A DNA stretch of 32,545 nucleotides from NCBI GenBank assembly GCA_036446855.1, contig JAZFTU010000050.1:1-32545 (forward strand), read 5' to 3'. The notes beneath the pieces are model-generated. The model was not told the DNA's origin and ran no database searches. It worked only from the letters and a program-made list of their open reading frames with translations. The position numbers and the translations under genes are program-made. Below are positions 1 to 7,331 of this stretch, one piece after another; the stretch's first letter is position 1; every line of letters starts with the position of its first letter. This DNA is from Candidatus Hydrothermarchaeaceae archaeon. GTDB lineage: Archaea > Hydrothermarchaeota > Hydrothermarchaeia > Hydrothermarchaeales > Hydrothermarchaeaceae.

Positions 1-459
1 GGTATGGCATTTAGCACAGAAATCCTGTTTTTTCAGATTCTCCCGTCCAGGTTTAAATTTTTTCTCGTGAGTTTCTGTTATGGGTACACCTGAAATCACC
101 GTTCCATGGCAGGTCTCGCAGTTCACGCCTTCGTTGACCTCCTTGCTGCCATGGCAGGCATAACACATCTCCTCCCCCATCATGGCATCGTACATGGAAA
201 TATCTGTAAACTTGTCTTTAAAATCGAGAAAGCCTTCACCTACTGTTGCTACCGCGTGGCGTGAATTTTTGGACCACTGATCGTATATTTCCGGGTGGCA
301 AGAGGCGCAAAATTTGGCCCCCTTGTGTTCCCCGACCTCATAACGAGGCTCTTTTCCAGCTTGCAGGTCTTTATACATACCACTAGAGGCGACAGCACCG
401 ACTGTTACTATCAGAAACACTATTAGCAGCGCAAAAAAGATTAACTTTCTATTTTCCAA
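1..459 (-). CDS. Multihaem c-type cytochrome, N-terminal part (gene runs off the left edge of the window)
   Basis: The minus-strand frame is open from nt 459 to the window edge. The translation LENRKLIFFALLIVFLIVTVGAV... gives an N-terminal hydrophobic anchor. Four CxxCH haem-binding motifs follow: CASCH (nt 295-309), CYACH (151-165), CETCH (106-120) and CAKCH (4-18). The only in-frame start after the upstream TAG is TTG at 459, preceded by GGGTG. It is missing from the ORF track because it is truncated by the window. Confidence 0.8.
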   Translation of the reverse strand, partial: MENRKLIFFALLIVFLIVTVGAVASSGMYKDLQAGKEPRYEVGEHKGAKFCASCHPEIYDQWSKNSRHAVATVGEGFLDFKDKFTDISMYDAMMGEEMCYACHGSKEVNEGVNCETCHGTVISGVPITETHEKKFKPGRENLKKQDFCAKCHT

Positions 460-507
460 GTTTAATACACCCTAAGTTCAGCTTTCCCTTTAATTAGGTA
501 CCCTTTT

Positions 508-744
508 TCATTTTTCAATTGCCTTCTTCATATCTGCATATTGATCATTAGTTATCTCGCCCTTTGCGTATCTTTTTTTAAGGATGTCTAAGGGGCTTTC
601 AGTTTGAGTAACTGCCTGAGGACCCTTAATCTGCTTGAAGAGCCAGACTATAAGGAGTATTATGGCAGTCAAGAACAGTATCATAAATACCCACCCCATG
701 AGCATCCCACCTGAGCCCATCATCCCTCCAGTTCCGTGCATCAC
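508..744 (-). CDS. SHOCT-domain small membrane protein
   Basis: 78 aa with a Gly/Met-rich N-terminus and one hydrophobic helix (WVFMILFLTAIILLIVWLF). The C-terminal LKKRYAKGEITNDQYADMKKAI matches the SHOCT short C-terminal domain signature. GGAGG lies 8-11 nt upstream of GTG(744)/ATG(741). Confidence 0.75.
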   Translation of the reverse strand: MMHGTGGMMGSGGMLMGWVFMILFLTAIILLIVWLFKQIKGPQAVTQTESPLDILKKRYAKGEITNDQYADMKKAIEK

Positions 745-921
745 ATAAATCGCCTCCGATCACAGTTATTTTTTTTAACTCGTAAGTATACAGTCAAGCA
801 TGAATATAAATAATTAGGTGTTGTTTTTCTTTGATTTTAAAAAGGGGGCCCTTCCCATCAGCATAGGTAACAATGCCGTTAAATCGAAAACGTTTAATGC
901 CCTGCCGCACATTCTATCCCA

Positions 922-1962
922 ATGGACATAGAAGACATCACCAAACAAGTGCAGGCGAACTGCGAATTATCGGACGCAAAGCACTGGGGCTCATACACAA
1001 TATGCGGCCTGCTACTAAGGCTGACGGACCTTTACAGGTGGACAGAGGGCATAGAACACGGAGTAAAGATTGACAACTCCGAGCTTATGGATTGGATAGG
1101 GGAAAAGGAGAAAAGGTGGAAAAAAATCCGTGGAAAGAAATACAAAAAAATTAAAATCGATGGTAGAAATTTTGACCCATTTGACCTCGCCGGGATAAAC
1201 GAGCTTCTAGAGCCTGAGGGGTTTATCTACGGTGCAGGATACGTCGCTGCAATGAAGCCCTCCTTTTTCCTCGCAGAAAAAAGGGAATCCCGAATGGAGG
1301 ATGGACACAAAATCTTTGTACTTGGAAGGGAGTTTGCAAGAGACCTTATCACTTCTCCCGCCCTTCTGCAAGAGGAAAGCATTTTTGTGAGAACCATGCC
1401 AGCTAGGTCCTTTTTCTGGCACAAGATAGAGGAGTACAAATTTACAGGGAAAGACGTACTTAAGCGCGCATTTTCCCATTACGGAATTGACCTTGATAAT
1501 CTTAAAGATGTCCGAGACGTTGATCGGGTAATTGAGGGGGAGATTGAGTCGTTCATCCACCACGAGATAGGCGAGGCCAAGGACCGGATATTTCCCGAAG
1601 AAAAGTGGGAAGAGATAGTAAGTGCATTTCCTTCGACGCACACGGAAAAATTTGCAAGGGCGGTAAAGGACGTTTTGGCAGATACAAATGAGCACGGCAC
1701 GCTCAAGTTCATAATCAACAACAAAAAGCACGGATCCCTTGCATTTTATACCGCATTTATCGATGGATTTAGGAAGATGATCTTTCCAGAGGTTGCTTTG
1801 GCATTTGAATCGTTTGAAGGGGATTGGGGAATCATTGATACTGCAAGACAGTCCGGGAACAAAAGGGCCAGAGGATATGCAAAAAGGCTTATTGAATTGT
1901 ACGAAAATGGCAGCTCAAATGAAAAGATTGAAGAGGAGCTCATAAGGCCGTTTGGGATTTAG
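922..1962 (+). CDS. Conserved-looking hypothetical protein (346 aa, soluble, function unknown)
   Basis: Long ORF with protein-like composition and no domain I can name with certainty. The N-terminal CELSDAKHWGSYTICGLLLRLTDLYRW reminds me of the uncharacterised Sfum_1244-type family, but this is an unverified recollection. The 3' end overlaps the convergent radical SAM gene by 23 nt. Confidence 0.65.
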   Translation: MDIEDITKQVQANCELSDAKHWGSYTICGLLLRLTDLYRWTEGIEHGVKIDNSELMDWIGEKEKRWKKIRGKKYKKIKIDGRNFDPFDLAGINELLEPEGFIYGAGYVAAMKPSFFLAEKRESRMEDGHKIFVLGREFARDLITSPALLQEESIFVRTMPARSFFWHKIEEYKFTGKDVLKRAFSHYGIDLDNLKDVRDVDRVIEGEIESFIHHEIGEAKDRIFPEEKWEEIVSAFPSTHTEKFARAVKDVLADTNEHGTLKFIINNKKHGSLAFYTAFIDGFRKMIFPEVALAFESFEGDWGIIDTARQSGNKRARGYAKRLIELYENGSSNEKIEEELIRPFGI

Positions 1963-3181
1963 CCTTGTTGATTTTCTTTACCTCGGCCCACATATAATCT
2001 GCAAGTTTAATGTACTCTTTTTTTGGAATCCCCCGGGGCAAGTACAGCTTTCCCCCCGTTCCATGGCCGCGGAATTTTGACACCCAGTTTTCGTGTGGTT
2101 CTATGTACGGCCCACCCCAAAGCTCGGTTCCAGGGTATGCGGTGGCAAGTGACAGGAGCACCTGGTCTGGCATCGTGCCATGTAGAAATTTTACGGTCTC
2201 CTCGACACTTTTTCTTGTTTCCCCGATGAGTCCAAATGTTACGTAGGCCCTTGAACGTAATTTGTGTTTCCTTATCCTCTCAAAGGCCGTTTTTAATGCC
2301 AGCGTGTCCATTTTTCGCCCGTTTTTGTCTAGAACGTCATCACAGGCAGAGTCCACGCCGATGCATATCAGCGTGCAGCAAGCATCAGCAAGTGCTTCTA
2401 AGAGCTCATCGTCTACCGCATCTGCCCGTGTTTCACAGCTCCAGCTTATGTTTGGGACTTCCTCTTTTATCAGGGCGCAGATTTCCATTGCACGCTTTTT
2501 ATCCAGGGTAAATGTGCTGTCCATAAATCTTATGAGATTAAATCCAAGGTCCACTATCTCTTTTAATTCCTCGACAACGTTTTTGGGGGAGCGGTATCTA
2601 ACCCTCCTCTCCCAGAACCTTGCAGCGCTACAGTAAGAACAGGAGAACGGGCATCCGCGGCTAGTCACTATCGACATGATGCCGTACTTATCTACGGGAA
2701 AAAACTCATGGGCAGGGAAAGGCAGGGCATCAAGGTCCAAAGCAAGTTCTCTGTCAGGGTTATGAACGATTTTTCCATCATCTGACCAGGATATGCCATT
2801 TATATCTTCCATGGGGCGGCCTTCAACAATGTCCCTGAATGTTGCCTCGCCCTCACCCCTCACGACGATGTCCGCACCAGAATTTAAGGGCTCGTCCGGC
2901 ATAAATGTTGCATGCGTGCCCCCCAGCACTATTTTTGCATCCGTTCCCCTCAAAGCTTCTACTATTTGCATCGCCCTCGGAAATGAGGGGGTTGTTGCAG
3001 TAATCCCGATAATGTCAGGGTTTATCCTCCTTACTCTTTCAATTGAGAATTCTTCTAGATTCTCGTCAATGACCGTTATCTCGGAAATATCTCTTACTGC
3101 ACTCGCGAGGTAACCAAGACCAAGTGGGAACAGGTCCCGGCCCCGATACGGAAATTTTGGATGGATAAGCAGAATTCGCAT
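1940..3181 (-). CDS. B12-binding domain radical SAM protein (class B radical SAM)
   Basis: 413 aa. The N-terminal Rossmann-like cobalamin-binding region (MRILLIHPKF...IIGITATTP...KIVLGGTHAT) is followed by SRGCPFSCSYCS, the CxxxCxxC radical SAM cluster motif. Confidence 0.9.
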   Translation of the reverse strand: MRILLIHPKFPYRGRDLFPLGLGYLASAVRDISEITVIDENLEEFSIERVRRINPDIIGITATTPSFPRAMQIVEALRGTDAKIVLGGTHATFMPDEPLNSGADIVVRGEGEATFRDIVEGRPMEDINGISWSDDGKIVHNPDRELALDLDALPFPAHEFFPVDKYGIMSIVTSRGCPFSCSYCSAARFWERRVRYRSPKNVVEELKEIVDLGFNLIRFMDSTFTLDKKRAMEICALIKEEVPNISWSCETRADAVDDELLEALADACCTLICIGVDSACDDVLDKNGRKMDTLALKTAFERIRKHKLRSRAYVTFGLIGETRKSVEETVKFLHGTMPDQVLLSLATAYPGTELWGGPYIEPHENWVSKFRGHGTGGKLYLPRGIPKKEYIKLADYMWAEVKKINKAKSQTAL

Positions 3182-3286
3182 ACTATTTTTCCACTCTGGG
3201 TGAGATAAAAGTGTTTTCCTATTGGCACAAGGTTTATTAACCTACAATGCCGAATTCTGTATACCAAACAAAAAAGGGTGAAGAAA

Positions 3287-3640
3287 ATGGCTGAAATAAC
3301 TGATGTTAGAATATACAAAGTAGAGGGGACCGGAAATCTGAGAGCGTATGCTGCCGTGACAATTGATGAGTCCTATGTGGTCCACGGCTTGAGAGTCCTG
3401 GAGGGAGAAGCAGGATTGTGGGTAGGAATGCCCGCCTCAAAGAACAAGAAGGGAGAATTTAAAGATATATTTCACCCAATAACCAAGGATGCGAGGGACG
3501 TTCTAGTAAAGACCGTTATAAGTAAATACGAAAAGGAGTCGGGTGGAGAGACTCAGGCAACGGAAACTTCAGAACCGGCAGAAGAGAAAGCATCTGAAGA
3601 CTCTGAAGGAGAAGCCAAAGAAGAAAAGGTCGAAGAGTAA
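3287..3640 (+). CDS. spoVG: SpoVG family protein with acidic C-terminal tail
   Basis: MAEITDVRIYKVEGTGNLRAYAAVTIDESYVVHGLRVLEGEAGLWVGMPASKNKKGEFKDIFHPIT aligns by eye along its length with bacterial SpoVG (MEVTDVRLRRV...[32 protein letters not shown].HPI). AGGGTG lies 6 nt upstream of ATG 3287. The ORF track's longest start is GTG 3278. The Glu-rich tail spans about nt 3540-3637. Confidence 0.85.
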   Translation: MAEITDVRIYKVEGTGNLRAYAAVTIDESYVVHGLRVLEGEAGLWVGMPASKNKKGEFKDIFHPITKDARDVLVKTVISKYEKESGGETQATETSEPAEEKASEDSEGEAKEEKVEE

Positions 3641-3645
3641 CTGTA

Positions 3646-3840
3646 ATGTGGGGATTAAAAAGTTTCCTCAGTTTAGATAGAGCCCAGGTAAGTCTTGAGT
3701 TTATACTTCTTACAGGAGGGGTTGTAGTTGCAGCTCTTGCAATCTTCTCTTTGCAGGGCACTATAAGTTCCTTTGCAAACGTGTCTTCAAGCTGGGTGGA
3801 GACCGAAAGAAATAGCACGATTACAAAGATTACAAGATAA
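3646..3840 (+). CDS. Very small class III signal peptide (archaeal type IV pilin-like) protein, 64 aa
   Basis: MWGLKSFLSLDRA-QVSLEFILLTGGVVVAALAIF has a short basic leader, then the Q-x-S-x-E motif and a hydrophobic helix, typical of DUF361-type archaeal prepilins. It starts 5 nt after the spoVG stop. Two N-x-S/T sequons (NVS, NST). Confidence 0.65.
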   Translation: MWGLKSFLSLDRAQVSLEFILLTGGVVVAALAIFSLQGTISSFANVSSSWVETERNSTITKITR

Positions 3841-3863
3841 GTTTTATAACTGAATGTTGCCTG

Positions 3864-4967
3864 ATGATAGAAGAGCTTTTTGTGATTTTGGCAATTGGAG
3901 GGGGCATCATTGCTTCTGTTACTGACATAAAGTCAGGGATAATACCAAACCGGATGACATTTCCCCTAATCTTAATCGGCATTTTTGGATATCTTGCACA
4001 TGGGATCGTTTTGGGAAATCTCTCAACGTTTTTTGCATTATTAAAAGGCATCGTCGTAATTTTCATAGCGGGGTACCTGATGTGGGTACTTCGTGCATGG
4101 AGCGCAGGAGATGCAAAAGAGTTTTTATTCATAGCGGCGCTTATCCCGGTATATCCTGCGTTCCTTAACGGAACACTTAGCCCAACCATCGCAAGCTACC
4201 CCTTTGTAGTCACCGTGTTCATAAACACATTCCTTTCCATATTCCCTTTCATTTTTATTTACTCGATTTATGTTTCGCTGAAAAAAGGGCTCGCCTCCCA
4301 ATTCTTTTCACCGCTCAAGAGCATTCGAGGGTATATCAAAACCGCGTTTCTGTTAGTTGCGGCACTTGCCATTTCAAAATTCTTTGGGATATGGCTTTTA
4401 ACACCACTCGCCCTTTTTTTGCTCTACCGGGTACCTTACGGGAGTGGGGTAAGCGCACTTGTTATATCGGCCGATATATTTACTACGGGCACCTCTGTTT
4501 ATTCCCAGTTCCAATCCACCTTTTCGTATTTTTTTATATCGCTTCTGATTATTGTTGCAATCGGCCTGCTTAAAAACTCAATAAGCATTATCAGAAGCAA
4601 GGCACTTATTGAAGAGATTAAAATCACAGACCTAAGTGAGGGGGAGATAGTTGCGGAAGAAATTTATATCCAGGGTGATGAAGTATTAAGAGATAAAAGA
4701 AGCATGATAGAGAAGATAAAAGATGCCGCAAGGGATGGGGCCCATCAAAATTTATTTCAGAGGAAAAGCGTTGTGGGCACTGGCGCAGCAGGGGTTACGG
4801 GCGAAGAGGTAAAGCTCCTCCAAGGATATGTTAAAGATGGAAAGCTCAAAGATAGGATAAATGTAAAAAAGAGCATGCCCTTTGCTCCCGTTATCCTTGC
4901 TGGGCTTTTAATATCTCTAACGATAGGGGATGCTATGCTTGCGCTTAAGACGTGGTTATATGGGTGA
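3864..4967 (+). CDS. A24-family prepilin/preflagellin peptidase (EppA/FlaK-like) with extra C-terminal module
   Basis: Polytopic membrane protein. The first catalytic-Asp context is IIASVTDIKSGIIPN and the second is WSAGDAKEFLFIAALIP (GxGD-like), as in archaeal aspartyl prepilin peptidases. It is embedded among prepilin genes. Residues about 250-340 form a charged soluble insert before a last TM helix. Confidence 0.8.
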   Translation: MIEELFVILAIGGGIIASVTDIKSGIIPNRMTFPLILIGIFGYLAHGIVLGNLSTFFALLKGIVVIFIAGYLMWVLRAWSAGDAKEFLFIAALIPVYPAFLNGTLSPTIASYPFVVTVFINTFLSIFPFIFIYSIYVSLKKGLASQFFSPLKSIRGYIKTAFLLVAALAISKFFGIWLLTPLALFLLYRVPYGSGVSALVISADIFTTGTSVYSQFQSTFSYFFISLLIIVAIGLLKNSISIIRSKALIEEIKITDLSEGEIVAEEIYIQGDEVLRDKRSMIEKIKDAARDGAHQNLFQRKSVVGTGAAGVTGEEVKLLQGYVKDGKLKDRINVKKSMPFAPVILAGLLISLTIGDAMLALKTWLYG

Positions 4968-5556
4968 TGATAGAGGGCAGCTGACAATTGAAGGCATCCT
5001 TTTGATGGGATTTTTCATTCTGATATTTGTCGGCATAACTTTTCCTGCAGCACTTCGGGTGTCAAGCTCGAGTGAAGATATCGCATCAATACTGGAGGCA
5101 CAAAGCAACCTTGATAGGATATCAAGCGCAGTTGAGGCTGTTGCCGCAGGGCAGAAGGGGACGGTAAGGACGGTTACAATAGTTTCAAACATGGGCAGCT
5201 GGGAATTGAATACGAATGCCCCAACAGACGGCATCAACCCAACGCCCAAAAGACCGATACTTAACTATGAAATCGGCATCTGGGGTTCAGTGGGGGATGT
5301 GCCAGGACAGTTATACAGAATCCGCCCTGGATGGGGCGCAATTACAGTCCTGGACATACCGGGGGTGAGTAATGGGGAGTCGGCAAGTCTTGACGAGAGG
5401 ACATGCAGTCACTCTTTTGACGGAGAGGGCACATGGGACATAAGAATCGAAAACGCTGCAAATACTTCTGCCCCCTACATAGTATTTGATCCCAGCGATA
5501 CATCTGCTAACTGCACTGCCTCAAACACAACGATTAACATGTACCTGGTGGGGTGA
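4960..5556 (+). CDS. Class III signal peptide pilin-like protein
   Basis: MGDDRG-QLTIEGILLMGFFILIFVGITF (QxTxE plus hydrophobic helix). ATG 4960 overlaps the peptidase stop by 8 nt. The longer track ORF from 4930 has no support. Three N-x-S/T sequons cluster at the C-terminus (NTS, NCT, NTT). Confidence 0.75.
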   Translation: MGDDRGQLTIEGILLMGFFILIFVGITFPAALRVSSSSEDIASILEAQSNLDRISSAVEAVAAGQKGTVRTVTIVSNMGSWELNTNAPTDGINPTPKRPILNYEIGIWGSVGDVPGQLYRIRPGWGAITVLDIPGVSNGESASLDERTCSHSFDGEGTWDIRIENAANTSAPYIVFDPSDTSANCTASNTTINMYLVG

Positions 5557-5560
5557 TGAC

Positions 5561-6124
5561 ATGGAACGGGGACAGATAACAATAGAGATGATTTTGATTT
5601 TCGGGTTGTTCATTTTATTAATCTTCACTGTCTCTTTTCCCACCGCGCTTTTAGGGGATAGGAATTCAAGGGAAGTACAGATTGTGTCGGATGCAAAATT
5701 CGCATCAGACAGGCTCGCAACCTTCGCTGCAAGCATATCAAACCCGTCCGAAAAAAGGGAGGTGGAGATATATATGCCCGGATTTACCTCCGCCGGAAAT
5801 GCCTCAAATGATAAGCCCATTATCTGGTCTGCCATGTGCATCACGTCTGAAGGAAGCTTCCTTAATACCTCAATTGCCATAATCACAAGAACCAACGATG
5901 GTACTATCGTCAAACAGGAAACCTACAGTTTTTCTAAGAACCTGGGCAGGGGGAACTGGAAGACCTACGTAAATACAGGAAGCGGCTATAGCGAGGGGGT
6001 AATTGTCGAAGACCGCGGAAGTAAATATAACATTTCGATTTCGTGGGAGAATATCACATCAAATACGGTGCCCAAATATTTATCACTGACTAACTGCAGC
6101 GCCGTATCCACGCTGGGGACCTGA
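5561..6124 (+). CDS. Class III signal peptide pilin-like protein
   Basis: MERG-QITIEMILIFGLFILLIFTVSF. ATG 5561 is preceded by GGTGGGGTGA and lies 4 nt after the upstream stop. Five N-x-S/T sequons (NAS, NTS, NIS, NIT, NCS). Confidence 0.75.
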   Translation: MERGQITIEMILIFGLFILLIFTVSFPTALLGDRNSREVQIVSDAKFASDRLATFAASISNPSEKREVEIYMPGFTSAGNASNDKPIIWSAMCITSEGSFLNTSIAIITRTNDGTIVKQETYSFSKNLGRGNWKTYVNTGSGYSEGVIVEDRGSKYNISISWENITSNTVPKYLSLTNCSAVSTLGT

Positions 6125-6125
6125 T

Positions 6126-6587
6126 ATGAAGGGTCAGATATCTATAGAGGCGATAATGGCCCTTGGGATAGCGATAGTAATCCTTGCGTCATTTACAAAC
6201 ATAACCTGGGAGAGGTATCAATCGGCAAAGGAGATTGGGGAATCTGGAGAGGCGAGGATGACAGGAGAGCTTTTGGCAGCCGCAATAAATATCGGTTACT
6301 CAAATGGGGAAGGGTTTCGCCTCTACCTGGGCAGCAACAAATTGAACTTCTCAAAACTTGACGATATGGGCGTTAAGCTTCCGATAGTTATTAACAGTGC
6401 CAATAGGACGATAGACATTACAAAGAACGTGACGCGTGCAGGGGGCGCTCTGTGGAATGTGTCTGTTGGGATAATCCCTGCAAATTTGTTGAAAAATTCT
6501 ACTTCTCAATATCCAGAGCTCACAGTCTTAAATAACGGCACCCATGTAATTATTTATGCGGGGGAGTCAAATATTGCAGTCCAGTAG
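6126..6587 (+). CDS. Class III signal peptide pilin-like protein
   Basis: MKG-QISIEAIMALGIAIVILASF. It starts 1 nt after the upstream stop. Seven N-x-S/T sequons in 153 aa (NIT, NFS, NRT, NVT, NVS, NST, NGT). Confidence 0.75.
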   Translation: MKGQISIEAIMALGIAIVILASFTNITWERYQSAKEIGESGEARMTGELLAAAINIGYSNGEGFRLYLGSNKLNFSKLDDMGVKLPIVINSANRTIDITKNVTRAGGALWNVSVGIIPANLLKNSTSQYPELTVLNNGTHVIIYAGESNIAVQ

Positions 6588-6595
6588 GTGAACAT

Positions 6596-7309
6596 ATGGG
6601 CCATATCGAAGATGTAGGCGAGGCAATTCTAACGTTTATAAGCAGGACTATTTACCACACGATAGGCTTTTTGATATGGATGCTCAAGTTTTTAAGGCCG
6701 CTTGAAAGAAATATAAAAATATATCCATATTTTGAGAAACGCAACATTGAGCTTAAGGATTACGTGGTCCTGAAGGCCCAGACGGCAACTTTAATTTTCC
6801 TGATGTCTTCTGTGGTTTTTGTCTTCGGGTTCTTAAGTTTCAAAAATCTCGCTTTTTTATTTATCGTATTTGGGGCATATTCCCTGCACATTACACTGGT
6901 GCAGTTAAAAGAGCACTTCTCAGGTGACTATCCGGCATACAAAATGTTTTTCTTATCATACCTTGCAATATCTGTATTGCTCGTGGTTGTCAAGCTGGCA
7001 AAACCTACCGTGAAAATCGTCTTTCCTCTTTTTCACCTGCTGCTCCTATCGATGGTCTTTGTTGGAGCAGTGTCATTTCTGTTCAAGCGTAAATTCGGTA
7101 GAACCTACACACTTGGCCGGGTATTAAAAAGCGGTGATGAGATCGTCGTGAAGGTAAATTACGACCTTCGCTCGGGAGTAAAGCCGGGCGTACACACCTT
7201 TGAGAACAAGTTGAAAGCTAAAGAAGGGGACCACGTAAAGCTTTTAGTTGAGAGCAGCAGGTTTAATCTTCGCGGGAGCAGGGTCGTTGGACTTATGCCG
7301 GTGGAGTAA
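6596..7309 (+). CDS. Membrane protein (about 5 TM helices) with soluble beta-rich C-terminal domain; last gene of the pilin operon
   Basis: 237 aa with hydrophobic segments through about residue 165. The C-terminus reads YTLGRVLKSGDEIVVKVNYDLRSGVKPGVHTFENKLKAKEGDHVKLLVE. AGGTGA lies 6 nt upstream of the ATG. Possibly the archaeal DUF2101 family (recollection, unverified). Confidence 0.65.
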   Translation: MGHIEDVGEAILTFISRTIYHTIGFLIWMLKFLRPLERNIKIYPYFEKRNIELKDYVVLKAQTATLIFLMSSVVFVFGFLSFKNLAFLFIVFGAYSLHITLVQLKEHFSGDYPAYKMFFLSYLAISVLLVVVKLAKPTVKIVFPLFHLLLLSMVFVGAVSFLFKRKFGRTYTLGRVLKSGDEIVVKVNYDLRSGVKPGVHTFENKLKAKEGDHVKLLVESSRFNLRGSRVVGLMPVE

Positions 7310-7331
7310 GGTAAGAATTTATAATTCAAAT

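Noticed and set aside
873-1073. A 66-aa plus-strand ORF overlapping the start of the 922-1962 gene.
   Set aside because: It is out of frame with the longer ORF, very basic (Arg/His-rich), and most simply explained as an upstream out-of-frame ATG in the leader.
1207-1731. A 174-aa minus-strand ORF, and other minus-strand ORFs, inside the 922-1962 gene.
   Set aside because: The plus-strand 346-aa frame is longer and has balanced, helix-rich composition. The antisense product is Cys/Phe/Lys-rich and fragmented into several competing frames.
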